Assembly (NCBI GenBank): GCA_043812195.1
Contig: JBDRML010000016.1
Coordinates: forward strand, 32,001-96,000
DNA: 64,000 nucleotides
Origin: Candidatus Woesearchaeota archaeon
GTDB taxonomy: Archaea; Nanobdellota; Nanobdellia; SCGC-AAA011-G17; PNOQ01
Reading direction: 5' to 3'
Positions within the stretch are counted from its first letter, which is position 1, and the number at the start of each line of letters is the position of its first letter. This document shows positions 9,719 to 20,000 of this stretch, in pieces. Below the pieces are notes generated by a model that was not told where the DNA came from, searched no databases, and saw only the letters and a program-made list of their open reading frames with translations. A program made the translations under genes and the position numbers.

Positions 9719-11212
9719 ATGACTGATTATTCTAAAACTTTGATAAAAGGAACAAGTGTTATTTTCATTGCAACAATAAGCACAAGTCTAATTGGTTATT
9801 TTCTAAAATTATTATTAGCAAAAAACTTAACTATAACGGAATTTGGATTAGTTTATTCAATAATAGCATTATTCGGAGTTTTTCTAATATTGCCTGGAAT
9901 AGGATCAGGCAAAGCATTAGTTAGATTTATAACAGAATACAAGACCAAAAATAAATTAAAAGAAATTAAAACAACCATACTAACAAGTTTCTTAATCAAC
10001 ATGTGTTTATCTCTAACAATAGGCCTTATATTAATTATATTTTCAGAACCAATAGCTCTAAATTATTTACATGATATAACCAAATCATCTTACATAAGAT
10101 TATATGCTATAGCATTTATTCTTACCCCTACAATAAGTATATTTAAATCTATTTTTGCAGGATTCAAAAAAAGTAAATATTATTCAATAATAGACTTATC
10201 AAAAATGTTAACAATCCTAATTTTCGCTTATATCTTCCTAAAATTAAACTTGGGTGTAACAGGGGTATTTTTAGCCTACATTTTAGTATATATTCTACCA
10301 ATAATATTCTATTTCCCATTACTAATAAAAAAAGTATTTCCAACTTTCTTAAAGGTAAAAGCAGGAATCAAATCACAAAAAGCAAAAAGATTAATAAAAT
10401 TTGGGATACCCCTCACAATAGCAAGTACAGCAGGTATGATATTTGGATACATGGACACAGTGATAATCACTTTCTTTAGATCTCTAGAAGAAGTAGCACT
10501 ATACAATGTAGGATTGCCAACTATAAGAATTGTATGGAACTTTGAAAGGGCTCTAACTGTAATACTTTTTCCAATAGCAGTAGAATTATGGCTCCAAAAA
10601 GATAAAACCAGATTCAGAAACGGAATAAAAAATCTCTACAAATACATTTTAATTATAATAATACCATTTACTATGGTCTTATTCATATTTCCTGAATTAA
10701 TCCTCAAAGTATTATTTGGCCAAGCATTTGTGGGGGCTGCTAGTGTAGTGAGAATTCTTGCAATCACATCGCTAATTATAGTTTTAGCAAGAATAAATAT
10801 AGCCATAATAACCAGCATAGGAAAACCAAGCATTATAACTAAAGTAATGGTAATAGGCGCGCTGATAAATATTATAATAAACCTAATTTTAATCCCGATA
10901 ATAGGTATAAATGGTGCTGCGATATCCACAGCAGCCGCCTTTTCATTTATATTGATTTACACACATAATAATCTAAAAAAATTAGCACAAATAAATTTCC
11001 CAGTAGGAAAAATAATCAAAATATTATTAATCAGCACAATTATAACTATTACAGCTTACATTTTAAAAGAAATTATTCAAATAAATATCTATTTAGAATC
11101 TATAATTATAATATTAATAGGAATGATAATCTACACAACTCTGATTTTTGTATTCAAAGTCTTAACTCCAAAAGAAGTTAAAAATCTGCTTAACAAGCTT
11201 AAAAATAAATAA
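9719..11212 (+). CDS. Oligosaccharide flippase (Wzx/MOP family)
   Basis: Many TM segments; EFGLVY, MDTVII and GINGAAIST motifs. Confidence 0.88.
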   Translation: MTDYSKTLIKGTSVIFIATISTSLIGYFLKLLLAKNLTITEFGLVYSIIALFGVFLILPGIGSGKALVRFITEYKTKNKLKEIKTTILTSFLINMCLSLTIGLILIIFSEPIALNYLHDITKSSYIRLYAIAFILTPTISIFKSIFAGFKKSKYYSIIDLSKMLTILIFAYIFLKLNLGVTGVFLAYILVYILPIIFYFPLLIKKVFPTFLKVKAGIKSQKAKRLIKFGIPLTIASTAGMIFGYMDTVIITFFRSLEEVALYNVGLPTIRIVWNFERALTVILFPIAVELWLQKDKTRFRNGIKNLYKYILIIIIPFTMVLFIFPELILKVLFGQAFVGAASVVRILAITSLIIVLARINIAIITSIGKPSIITKVMVIGALINIIINLILIPIIGINGAAISTAAAFSFILIYTHNNLKKLAQINFPVGKIIKILLISTIITITAYILKEIIQINIYLESIIIILIGMIIYTTLIFVFKVLTPKEVKNLLNKLKNK

Positions 11213-11238
11213 TAAATCTGACAAAACTAAAAAGATAA

Positions 11239-12012
11239 TTAATATTCAACTTTGAAAGTATTTTCTAAAGCTGTGGGCCCATGAGAAAACACACGAGTCC
11301 CTTCAGCCATTGTTTCGAGTATTATTCTATCCATAAATTCTCTTTGTGAAGGTAAGGTTCTACCAGTTTCACCTAATTTAGGTTTATAAAAATAATTACC
11401 ACCATAATAACTAGAATCACTAGAAACCTCATTACTAAATTCAACACCATACAAATGAATTGAAGATGCACCCATGACATGAGCGACTTGTAGAGCCATA
11501 CATGCACTTGTACCCCCAACATTAATCGCCTTTTGATGTCTTCTAGAAACTGGAACAGGATTCTTAGATCCAGCAATATAATGCATTAATAAATGTGGCT
11601 CAGAAGGGCTAGGTAATTGTAAAAAAAGATTATTGATATGTTCATCTCTGCTAGAAACCCATCTTAATCCTAATTCAGTAGTTTTAACTAAACTAGGTTT
11701 CTCATCCATATATTTTTCATATTCATTAATAAATTTATTCCTAATCTTTTCATCAGGATAAAATTTGGGAGAGTAAATAGCTGAATGTGGTTTAATTATA
11801 CATTGCACATCCTCATCCAAATCCAAAAACCAACTTCTAGTATGTGCAGCTTGGTCTCCAGAAAGAAAAATATCTCTTCCATGAAGTAAATAACCCGCAC
11901 CATTAACACCAATAACAATGTCTTCCCCTCTATTAAAAATCATAACAGAAGGAGCAGAACCTAAAACAGCAATTTCAGTACCATAATAAATATTTCTTAC
12001 TTTATCAAGCAT
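11239..12012 (-). CDS. DUF115/Maf-like putative nonulosonic acid transferase
   Basis: VLGSAPS, IGVNG and TSACMALQVAHVMGASSIHLYGVE pattern; located next to neuA. Confidence 0.55.
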   Translation of the reverse strand: MLDKVRNIYYGTEIAVLGSAPSVMIFNRGEDIVIGVNGAGYLLHGRDIFLSGDQAAHTRSWFLDLDEDVQCIIKPHSAIYSPKFYPDEKIRNKFINEYEKYMDEKPSLVKTTELGLRWVSSRDEHINNLFLQLPSPSEPHLLMHYIAGSKNPVPVSRRHQKAINVGGTSACMALQVAHVMGASSIHLYGVEFSNEVSSDSSYYGGNYFYKPKLGETGRTLPSQREFMDRIILETMAEGTRVFSHGPTALENTFKVEY

Positions 12013-13039
12013 TTTTTAACGTTTTAATCAGTTTTTTCTCTAATCCTAAAGCAATTTCTGTTCTATTATTGAAAAAATCATATCTTCTACTAAAATAATC
12101 TCTCTCAGCATCTGAAGACGTAGGTAAATATCCTTCACCCCACGTAACTATTAAACTATTTAACCCAACATCAGCAAGCATTAAGGGTAAGCTCTCAATC
12201 TGATCTCTAATAGAAGGATCAAATTTCCTATATTCAGAAAAACATTCTTTTAATTTATCCCAATCAACCCTATCATCAAGAGCAATATCTTTTGTTTCTT
12301 TATCAAAACAATATAAATCAGAGGTATGTATCGCATCAGTCCCTCTAAAATCCATTCTAACTAAATCATAATCAACAACAGCAACCAATTTGCCATTGTT
12401 TATCAACGCGCACCCTAAATTAAAGTCGCCATGAATCAATTGCTTAGGTTTACCTAATTTAGGTAATCTTTCTTCAACTGTACTTATCATCTCTCTAACT
12501 CTACTAACCTGAGAAAGAACATATTCATCCGTATCATTACATGCACTTCTGGGCAAATGTGGTTCTAATTCTTCAAGCAATCTTCTATGGGATTTAAAAA
12601 ATCTTGGCAAAGCTTCATATTCTTCTAAATTCTCAAATTGGCCCAATGCTAAATTAAATCTAGCTAAACCATGAAATGCTAAATTTATTTCTGATTGAAC
12701 AGATTCTCTTGGATGTCTCCCTTCAACAAATGTCATCAAGGAATAAAGGTTATTTTCAAAAGTCGTTAAGTTTTCTCCATTTATACTCTTCAAAATCTTT
12801 GGTGTAGGCACTCCACAAGCATAAACAAAATCATTTAACCTTAGTTGAAATTCTGCTATTTGGGGTGTAAAATCATAAGAATATTTCTTAACAACATACT
12901 TAGATGCATTAGAATCAGTCAAAAAAACGACTTGGTTTTTGTCTCCTTTTTCAGGAAATTCTTGATTTGGGGTAAAATCTAAATCATATGCACGTGATAA
13001 AAAATCAATCTCTTCCGGTGTAAATTTTTCCCTTAACAT
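12005..13039 (-). CDS. APH/choline kinase-like phosphotransferase
   Basis: YVVK, GVPTP, LIHGDF and VVDYD motifs. Confidence 0.8.
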   Translation of the reverse strand: MLREKFTPEEIDFLSRAYDLDFTPNQEFPEKGDKNQVVFLTDSNASKYVVKKYSYDFTPQIAEFQLRLNDFVYACGVPTPKILKSINGENLTTFENNLYSLMTFVEGRHPRESVQSEINLAFHGLARFNLALGQFENLEEYEALPRFFKSHRRLLEELEPHLPRSACNDTDEYVLSQVSRVREMISTVEERLPKLGKPKQLIHGDFNLGCALINNGKLVAVVDYDLVRMDFRGTDAIHTSDLYCFDKETKDIALDDRVDWDKLKECFSEYRKFDPSIRDQIESLPLMLADVGLNSLIVTWGEGYLPTSSDAERDYFSRRYDFFNNRTEIALGLEKKLIKTLKNA

Positions 13040-13137
13040 AAAAAAAGAATTTAACGACTACTTATAAAGTTTACTAATATTAAAAAAATTAGAAATTATT
13101 CCACAAGCTTTTTAAACAAATATCATTTCTCAAACTC

Positions 13138-13887
13138 ATGCAAAACAATAAAGTATTAGCTATAATCCCTGCAAGAGGTGGTTCTAAAGGAATTCCAAGA
13201 AAAAACATAAAACCATTTCTAGGCAAACCATTAATAACATACACAATTAAATTAGCATTATCTTGTCCAGAAATAGACAAAGTAATTGTTTCTACAGATG
13301 ACGAAGAAATAGCTCAAATTTCTAAAGAAGCTGGAGCAGAAATACCTTTCATAAGACCTGAAGAATTGGCAAGAGATGATACACCAGCCATTCCTGTATT
13401 CAGACATGTTATAAAATTCTTAGAAGAAAAAAACGAACATTATGAAAATATATTAATTCTAGAACCAACAGCACCACTAAGAACAAAAGAACACATTTTA
13501 CAAACAATAAAAACACTAAAAGAAGAAGATGTTGAAACAGTAGTAAGCGTCAGAAAATTTGATATAGATTTCACAGATGTACTTGAAAAAAATGAAAACA
13601 ATTATCTAACACCTTTTTTAGGAACTAAAACAACAATCAGAAGACAAGATACAAAAGATGTCTACATAATGGATGCAGCAATCTACGGAGTCAAAAGAGA
13701 TGCATTAATGGATGAATCATTAATCATGCTTAACCCATACAAAGGAAGAAATCCACAATTAAAAACAAAAATGGTATTATCAAATCCAAATCTATCTTGT
13801 GAGATTGATAATGAAGAAGATTGGGAATATGCTGAATTTTTATACAACAAATACAAAAAAGAAATAGAAAGAGAAAAAAATGATTAA
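13138..13887 (+). CDS. neuA: Acylneuraminate (nonulosonate) cytidylyltransferase
   Basis: IIPARGGSKGIPRKN, VSTDD, RPEELARD and EIDNEED motifs. Confidence 0.92.
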   Translation: MQNNKVLAIIPARGGSKGIPRKNIKPFLGKPLITYTIKLALSCPEIDKVIVSTDDEEIAQISKEAGAEIPFIRPEELARDDTPAIPVFRHVIKFLEEKNEHYENILILEPTAPLRTKEHILQTIKTLKEEDVETVVSVRKFDIDFTDVLEKNENNYLTPFLGTKTTIRRQDTKDVYIMDAAIYGVKRDALMDESLIMLNPYKGRNPQLKTKMVLSNPNLSCEIDNEEDWEYAEFLYNKYKKEIEREKND

Positions 13888-14593
13888 CATAATAGGTCCA
13901 TCTACTGGATGGTTATACGCAATTGGAACAAATACATTAGAAGAACAAGAAAAAATAATAAAAGAAGCAAATGCAAACGCATTTGAAATTTCATTCGAGC
14001 CAGAAGTACCAAGAATTAGATCTTTATTAAATGGAAGCTTTAATGGTTTCAAATATAGATCAATGCATCTACCTGAAATAGATCCAGCAAAACCTCTAGA
14101 AGCACAATTAGGAGCAATGAAATCAGTAATAAGCAAACATAAAATAGAAACAGGAGTAATTCATCCTTGTGATGTCTCTTCAAGAGATTACTGGAGAAGA
14201 ATGGTTACTTACACAATTCCTGTAGCAGCAGAAAATATGGACAAAAATAAACCAAGCGGATTCAAATTAGAAGAACTAAGAGAATTAAACGAAATTTATG
14301 GAGTAAATTTTGTATTAGATGTTCAACACGCATATGAACATGATCCAACTATGAATTATGCTAAAGAATTATTAAATATGATGGAACCTAATTTAAAACA
14401 CCTACATGTTAGTGGAGAAACAGAAGACAACTGTCATTCATTAGTATATAAAGCAAGAAACGCAGATACAATAACAGATTTCATAGGAACAGTATTATCA
14501 AGAAAGGAAGTTCCGATAATACTTGAAGGACAGTATTCAAATGCAGAAGAATTAAAAACAGAAATAGATTTCCTAAATGGTGAATTAAAATGA
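13880..14593 (+). CDS. Xylose isomerase/AP endonuclease-2-like TIM barrel protein
   Basis: ENM, LDVQHA, HLHVS and IILEG metal-ligand pattern. Confidence 0.6.
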   Translation: MINIIGPSTGWLYAIGTNTLEEQEKIIKEANANAFEISFEPEVPRIRSLLNGSFNGFKYRSMHLPEIDPAKPLEAQLGAMKSVISKHKIETGVIHPCDVSSRDYWRRMVTYTIPVAAENMDKNKPSGFKLEELRELNEIYGVNFVLDVQHAYEHDPTMNYAKELLNMMEPNLKHLHVSGETEDNCHSLVYKARNADTITDFIGTVLSRKEVPIILEGQYSNAEELKTEIDFLNGELK

Positions 14594-15900
14594 TAGAACC
14601 TAAAAAATTAACATTAACAAAATCTTATGATTATTGGAAAAGAGCCGTAGAAGTAATTCCAAATGGTTGCATGACCATAAGCAATGGACCAATAAGTTAC
14701 ATAACAAATGTTTCACCAATATACATTCAAAAAGGAAAGGGATGTAATGTATGGGATGTAGATGGAAATAAATTTTTAGATTTAGCTCCAGGAGGTTATT
14801 TAAAAATATTAGGCCATAACTACAAACCATTAACAAAAGCCATAATAAAACAAGTAAAAGATGATTCAATTTTCCAAATGCCACATCCGCTAGAAGTAGA
14901 AACAGCAGAAACAATAGTAAAGACAATTCCTAGTGCAGAAATGGTTAAATTTGCAAAAAACGGTGCAGATGTTTTAACTATGGGTGTAAGAGCAGCTAGA
15001 GCATACACAAACAGAGACATGATAGCTTCAGAAGGTTACCATGGAATACACGATTGGTATATCGGAACCACAGAAAGAAACAAAGGAGTTCCAGAAGCAG
15101 TCAAAAGATTAACAGCCACATTTAATTACAATGATATAGATTCACTTAAAAAAATATTCGAAAAATATCCAGACCAGATAGCATGCGTAACTTTAGAACC
15201 AGTTCAATTATCAGAGCCAAAAAATAACTTTTTACATCAAGTTAAAAAAATCACACATGAAAATGGCGCAGTATTAATGTTTGACGAGATAATAACTGGA
15301 TTCAGATTTTCACTCGCTGGAGCACAAGGTTATTTTGATATAAAACCAGATTTGTCAGCATTTGGCAAAGCAATGTCAAACGGATTCTCCTGTTCAGCTT
15401 TAGTTGGAAAATCAGATATAATGATGGAATTTGAAAAAGGTGCATTTTTCTCAACAACATACGGTGGAGAAACAACTGGACTAATAGCAGCAAAGAAAAC
15501 AATAGAAATAATGAAAGAAAAAAATGTTCACGACCATCTTTGGAAAATGGGATCCATACTAAAAAATGGAATAAATAAAATCATAAAACAAAATAATCTA
15601 CAAGACCATTATTATATTCATGGATATCCTGTTTGGACAGTAATAAAAGCAAAAGGTGATGATAAAATAGGAACAGAAAACGAAAAAACTGGCTTATTGC
15701 AACAAGAAGCAATGCAAAGAGGAATGTTAGCAGGATTATTCCATGGATTATGCTACGCACATAAAGAAAAAGATATTCAAAAAGGATTAGAGATTTACGA
15801 AGATTCTTTCAAAAAAGTTAAAAAGTACATTAATGAAGGGGATATCAAAAAACATCTAAAGGGAGAATACGGAGGAAAAGTATTCAGAAAAGTAGGTTAA
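14590..15900 (+). CDS. Class III PLP aminotransferase (GSA-aminomutase-like, glycan-cluster type)
   Basis: WDVDGN, KNGAD, GYHG, FDEIITGFR and FGKAMSNG motifs. Confidence 0.88.
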   Translation: MIEPKKLTLTKSYDYWKRAVEVIPNGCMTISNGPISYITNVSPIYIQKGKGCNVWDVDGNKFLDLAPGGYLKILGHNYKPLTKAIIKQVKDDSIFQMPHPLEVETAETIVKTIPSAEMVKFAKNGADVLTMGVRAARAYTNRDMIASEGYHGIHDWYIGTTERNKGVPEAVKRLTATFNYNDIDSLKKIFEKYPDQIACVTLEPVQLSEPKNNFLHQVKKITHENGAVLMFDEIITGFRFSLAGAQGYFDIKPDLSAFGKAMSNGFSCSALVGKSDIMMEFEKGAFFSTTYGGETTGLIAAKKTIEIMKEKNVHDHLWKMGSILKNGINKIIKQNNLQDHYYIHGYPVWTVIKAKGDDKIGTENEKTGLLQQEAMQRGMLAGLFHGLCYAHKEKDIQKGLEIYEDSFKKVKKYINEGDIKKHLKGEYGGKVFRKVG

Positions 15901-15901
15901 T

Positions 15902-16705
15902 ATGAAATCAATAAAAGAACTATCAGATTTAAATAAAAAAGTAGCTATAATAACTGGAGCAGTCGGCAATCTGGGAATAGTTCATGCAGAAGCTCTAGCA
16001 GAATTAGGTTGTAATTTAGCACTAATAGATATTTTAGAAGATAAAGCAAGAGAATTAGCTCAAGACATTTCAAATAGATTTGGAGTTAAAGCTATAGGTC
16101 TAAAAATAGATTTATTCAAAAAAGAATCAATTGAAGAAACATTTCAAAAAATACATAATGAGATGGGAAGGATAGACATTCTAATTAACAGCGCGCAATA
16201 TTCACCACCAGAAGATATAGAACCTGTAGAAACTTTTGATAAAGATGTTTGGGATAAAGTAATGGCAATAAATGTGACTGGAACTTTCTTGTGTTGTCAA
16301 CAAGCATTAAAATATATGAAAGAAGGTGGATCAATTCTAAACATGGGCTCAATAATGGGAGTGATTGCACCAGACAGAAGAATCTATGAGGGTTCAACTT
16401 ATGATGGAAAACAAATGAACAGCCCATTAGTATATTCAACTAGTAAAGCAGCCATAATTGGATTAACAAGATATTTAGCAGTAGATTTCGCAAAGAAAAA
16501 TATCAGAGTAAACTGCATATCAGCAGCAGGCTTTGAAAGCGGCCAAACAGATTTATTCAAATCAAAATATAAAGACAAAATTCCAATGGCTAGAATGGCA
16601 AACAAAGAAGAACTTAAAGGAGCTATAGCCTATTTATGTTCAGATAATTCATCTTTCGTAACAGGTCATAATTTAATTTTAGATGGCGGCATGTCTAGCT
16701 GGTAG
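15902..16705 (+). CDS. SDR oxidoreductase (PtmA-like)
   Basis: TGAVGNLG, YSTSK and IRVNC motifs. Confidence 0.85.
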   Translation: MKSIKELSDLNKKVAIITGAVGNLGIVHAEALAELGCNLALIDILEDKARELAQDISNRFGVKAIGLKIDLFKKESIEETFQKIHNEMGRIDILINSAQYSPPEDIEPVETFDKDVWDKVMAINVTGTFLCCQQALKYMKEGGSILNMGSIMGVIAPDRRIYEGSTYDGKQMNSPLVYSTSKAAIIGLTRYLAVDFAKKNIRVNCISAAGFESGQTDLFKSKYKDKIPMARMANKEELKGAIAYLCSDNSSFVTGHNLILDGGMSSW

Positions 16706-17840
16706 ATTTTTTCAGTCTATAACTTTTATCATAATCTCCAGCCGAAAAATATCCTTTATACGCAGGGAAGAATTTATCATTAAATTCAATATTATTCTCT
16801 TTACAGTAATTTCTTCTTAAATCAACAAATTTACCATAAACTTCTTGGTTAAAAATAATACCAGCACCTCTAAACATTCCTCTATCATCAGAAAACCCAT
16901 ATTTAAAATGATACAAAGAATCTCCAGGAGAATTTCCAGCACCTAAATGCAACCTTTTAACTCCTTTTTCCTTTAGATACTTAAAAGCCTCCCATAAAAT
17001 AAGATTAGCAGGAGATAACGTCCAATAATCTTTATCTGAACCAGAGAAATGATAATGTGCGTAATCATTTCTATGAATAAAAAAAGAGCCAGCTATTACT
17101 TTCCCATCATATTTAGCAATAAACAAAGAAGCATCATCACCTAAAAAATCCATTGTATTTTTATAAAACTCAAATGGAAAAAAATACTTCTTTCCAGTAT
17201 TAACAGCACGCATTCTTCCCAAATATAAATCAACAAAAGATTCAAGATCTCTCATATCTTTACTTTTATAAACTTGAATGCCACTTTTTTCAGCTTTTCT
17301 TATTTGATTTCTTGTTTTCTTCTTCATACTCATCAATATTTCATCAAGACTTTTAGTCAAATCAACATAAACCACATCTCTCTCATCAATAAGATTAACA
17401 TGATCTTTAAAATCAAGATAATTATCAGTCATTGGGTGAAATCTAACAAATCCAGAAACTATATTATTCTTTAAACAATATTTATTCAAACTGGCCATAG
17501 ATTCTTCAATAAGATCTTCTTTTTTACTTTGATTAGAACATTTTACAATTGGTCCATTGTATCCATAAACAGAAATTAAATCATAAAAATCAGAATTTTC
17601 AATGTAGGGCAAATCAATTTTTCTTTTCATAAAAGGAATTAAAACATAATCATTTTCATCCCCATAAACAAACATAAACGCCTCACCATTAAAAGCATCA
17701 TCAATGTCTTTTCCATAACTCTGCTCATAAATTTTATTGTATCCACAAGAATAATACACATCACAGCCACAAGAACCATCTATTAAAGAATTCCACTCTT
17801 TTTCATCCTTTGTAGTTAAAACTCTGTTAGTGTAAACCAT
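16695..17840 (-). CDS. FemAB-like GNAT acyl/aminoacyl transferase
   Basis: YGYNGP, RFHP, KKKTRNQIRKA and FKYGF motifs. Confidence 0.8.
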   Translation of the reverse strand: MVYTNRVLTTKDEKEWNSLIDGSCGCDVYYSCGYNKIYEQSYGKDIDDAFNGEAFMFVYGDENDYVLIPFMKRKIDLPYIENSDFYDLISVYGYNGPIVKCSNQSKKEDLIEESMASLNKYCLKNNIVSGFVRFHPMTDNYLDFKDHVNLIDERDVVYVDLTKSLDEILMSMKKKTRNQIRKAEKSGIQVYKSKDMRDLESFVDLYLGRMRAVNTGKKYFFPFEFYKNTMDFLGDDASLFIAKYDGKVIAGSFFIHRNDYAHYHFSGSDKDYWTLSPANLILWEAFKYLKEKGVKRLHLGAGNSPGDSLYHFKYGFSDDRGMFRGAGIIFNQEVYGKFVDLRRNYCKENNIEFNDKFFPAYKGYFSAGDYDKSYRLKKSTS

Positions 17841-18867
17841 TTATCACCCCAACAATTCTATACATATCTCTCAAATTATACCTTTGATCTATAGGGATAG
17901 TTAAAATATTATCTGAAACATCCCACGACTCTGAAAATTCTTCTTTACTAACATCTTTAGGCAAGATCCAATGAATAGAGGGATAAATCTTATTCTGTAT
18001 CAAAAACTTTCTAATTTTATCTCTATCTTTAACTATAATAGGACATCCTAAAGGACAAACATTCTTAGAAATCTTAGGAAATAAAACCTTAACATTTTTC
18101 ATAGTTTTTAGTTTATTAACTAAGTATAAATAATTTCTTCTTCTCTTAAAAATAATCTCTCTCAAATCTATTCTATTCAATAAAAACTTAGAAATTCCAG
18201 ACATTGCAACAGGCCTATCATAACTATCAATAGATCTATCTTCAGCTTCAACAAAAAATTTCCTATAATGTTTCTTAAGAAAAATAAAATTCTTTAACAA
18301 ACCACCAATTAACCTATTAGAAACAAAATCAGTTTTAGTATGATTAACCTTAACTCTCTTATTAAAATTGCCTAAAAGAAATGCACCATCTGGCAAAGGT
18401 AAAAACTTTCTATAACTATTAAATACATAATCTCCAACAAAAGGATAGCCAGATAAAAATGATTGAACATAATCCTCAACTAATTTAATTTCATTTTTTT
18501 CACAAATTTCTTTTATTTTATTTATTTCAGGCTGAATAAACCCAAAGTAATGAATAACTAAAACAAATTTAGGTTTTTTCTTTAAAACTTTCTTCTTTAA
18601 ATCAACAATATCAACATTCAAATTCTTATCAATTTTATAAAATCCACAATCTAACCCCCATTTCTTTAATGGATCTAAAATAGAATCACAAAAATAAGAA
18701 GGCAAAAGAATATAAGAATCTTTATTTAATCCAAGATCTTTAATAATATAATCTATACAATCCCTTCCGCTAGTTAAAAGAATAGAATTTCTTAAAATAT
18801 TATTCCTCTTACTATTAAAAAACAATTCAAATCCTATTTCAAAATCACTACCAATTTCTCTAATCAT
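17827..18867 (-). CDS. DegT/DnrJ-like PLP-dependent protein
   Basis: SGR, LLPSYFC, IHYFG, VED, SYRKF and LTIPIDQRY motifs. Confidence 0.75.
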   Translation of the reverse strand: MIREIGSDFEIGFELFFNSKRNNILRNSILLTSGRDCIDYIIKDLGLNKDSYILLPSYFCDSILDPLKKWGLDCGFYKIDKNLNVDIVDLKKKVLKKKPKFVLVIHYFGFIQPEINKIKEICEKNEIKLVEDYVQSFLSGYPFVGDYVFNSYRKFLPLPDGAFLLGNFNKRVKVNHTKTDFVSNRLIGGLLKNFIFLKKHYRKFFVEAEDRSIDSYDRPVAMSGISKFLLNRIDLREIIFKRRRNYLYLVNKLKTMKNVKVLFPKISKNVCPLGCPIIVKDRDKIRKFLIQNKIYPSIHWILPKDVSKEEFSESWDVSDNILTIPIDQRYNLRDMYRIVGVINGLH

Positions 18868-18869
18868 TT

Positions 18870-20000
18870 TTAATAGGTCATTTTTTTATTTAATAGCTTC
18901 TCACCTAATTCTATCTCTTCTAATACTTCACAAATATTTTTTTCTACATTCTCAGAATGATAAGGATTAACCATATCTTTTAACTTTTCTTTAAATTCAT
19001 TAGACAAAGCCAAAGAAATAGCTTCTCTAATCTTTTCTTCATCATGTGGAACATCAATAACATTGCCAGCTCTTTCACGTCCTTCTTCCCTAATACCTAT
19101 ATTAATACAAGGCAATTTAAACATAGGGGTTTCAACAATACCTGAACTAGAATTTCCAACCATTAAAGAAACATTTCTCAAAATCCCCATATAAACTTCC
19201 GGACTCAGATTTTTGAATACATGAAAATTAGGTAAATATTCATATCTTTTAATAGCCTCTATTATCTTATCAGAACCAGGATCATTACTTGGATAAATAA
19301 CAACAACCTGTTTATTTAAATCTCTAACAACTTTAAGGGTTAATTCCATGTATTCTCCTGCTTTCTCAAACTCAGTACTAACAGGGTGTTGCAAAACCAA
19401 TATAGTCTCCTTAGAAAAATCTACTCCAATTTTCCTTTCTAACTCTTCTTTTGAATCATATTCTTTATACAAAGGTGTTCCAGTCATAAAAACTCTCCAA
19501 GGTTCTTCACCCATTTTAATTATTCTTTCAGCGCTTTGATAAGAACCAGGTAAATGGATATGTGCAAATTTAGTTATAGAATGTCTAGTAGAATCATCAA
19601 TAGATTTAGAAACATCACCACCACAAGCATGAGCTACAGGAATATTCAAATGTGCAGCAGCAATAGCAGCAGGTAATTTCTCAAAACGATCTCCTTCTAT
19701 TAATAATATATCTGGCTTAATTTCATCTAATGCTTTAGTAATTTCAATTAAAAATTTACCAAAAAAAATCGGTGTATTTAGATTACTTTCTTGGGTATCA
19801 ACTCCTATATCAATTACCTTAGCAATCTTCAATCCAGTTTCCCTAACAAAATCCAAAGTATATCCATGTTCTCTAGATAAATGCATACCAGTAACAATTA
19901 AAGATAATTCTAAATTAGAATTTTCATCAATAGCTTTTAAGGTAGAATAGAGTAATCCAAACTCAGATCTAGATCCTGTAACACAAACAATCTTTCTCAT
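18870..20000 (-). CDS. neuC: Hydrolysing NDP-N-acetylhexosamine 2-epimerase
   Basis: TGSRSEFG, TGMHL, GDRFE and GNSSSGIVE motifs. Confidence 0.92.
   Translation of the reverse strand: MRKIVCVTGSRSEFGLLYSTLKAIDENSNLELSLIVTGMHLSREHGYTLDFVRETGLKIAKVIDIGVDTQESNLNTPIFFGKFLIEITKALDEIKPDILLIEGDRFEKLPAAIAAAHLNIPVAHACGGDVSKSIDDSTRHSITKFAHIHLPGSYQSAERIIKMGEEPWRVFMTGTPLYKEYDSKEELERKIGVDFSKETILVLQHPVSTEFEKAGEYMELTLKVVRDLNKQVVVIYPSNDPGSDKIIEAIKRYEYLPNFHVFKNLSPEVYMGILRNVSLMVGNSSSGIVETPMFKLPCINIGIREEGRERAGNVIDVPHDEEKIREAISLALSNEFKEKLKDMVNPYHSENVEKNICEVLEEIELGEKLLNKKMTY

Noticed and set aside
14590-15900. hemL (tetrapyrrole synthesis)
   Set aside because: It is embedded in the neuA operon with no hem genes, so a glycan-cluster paralogue is more likely.
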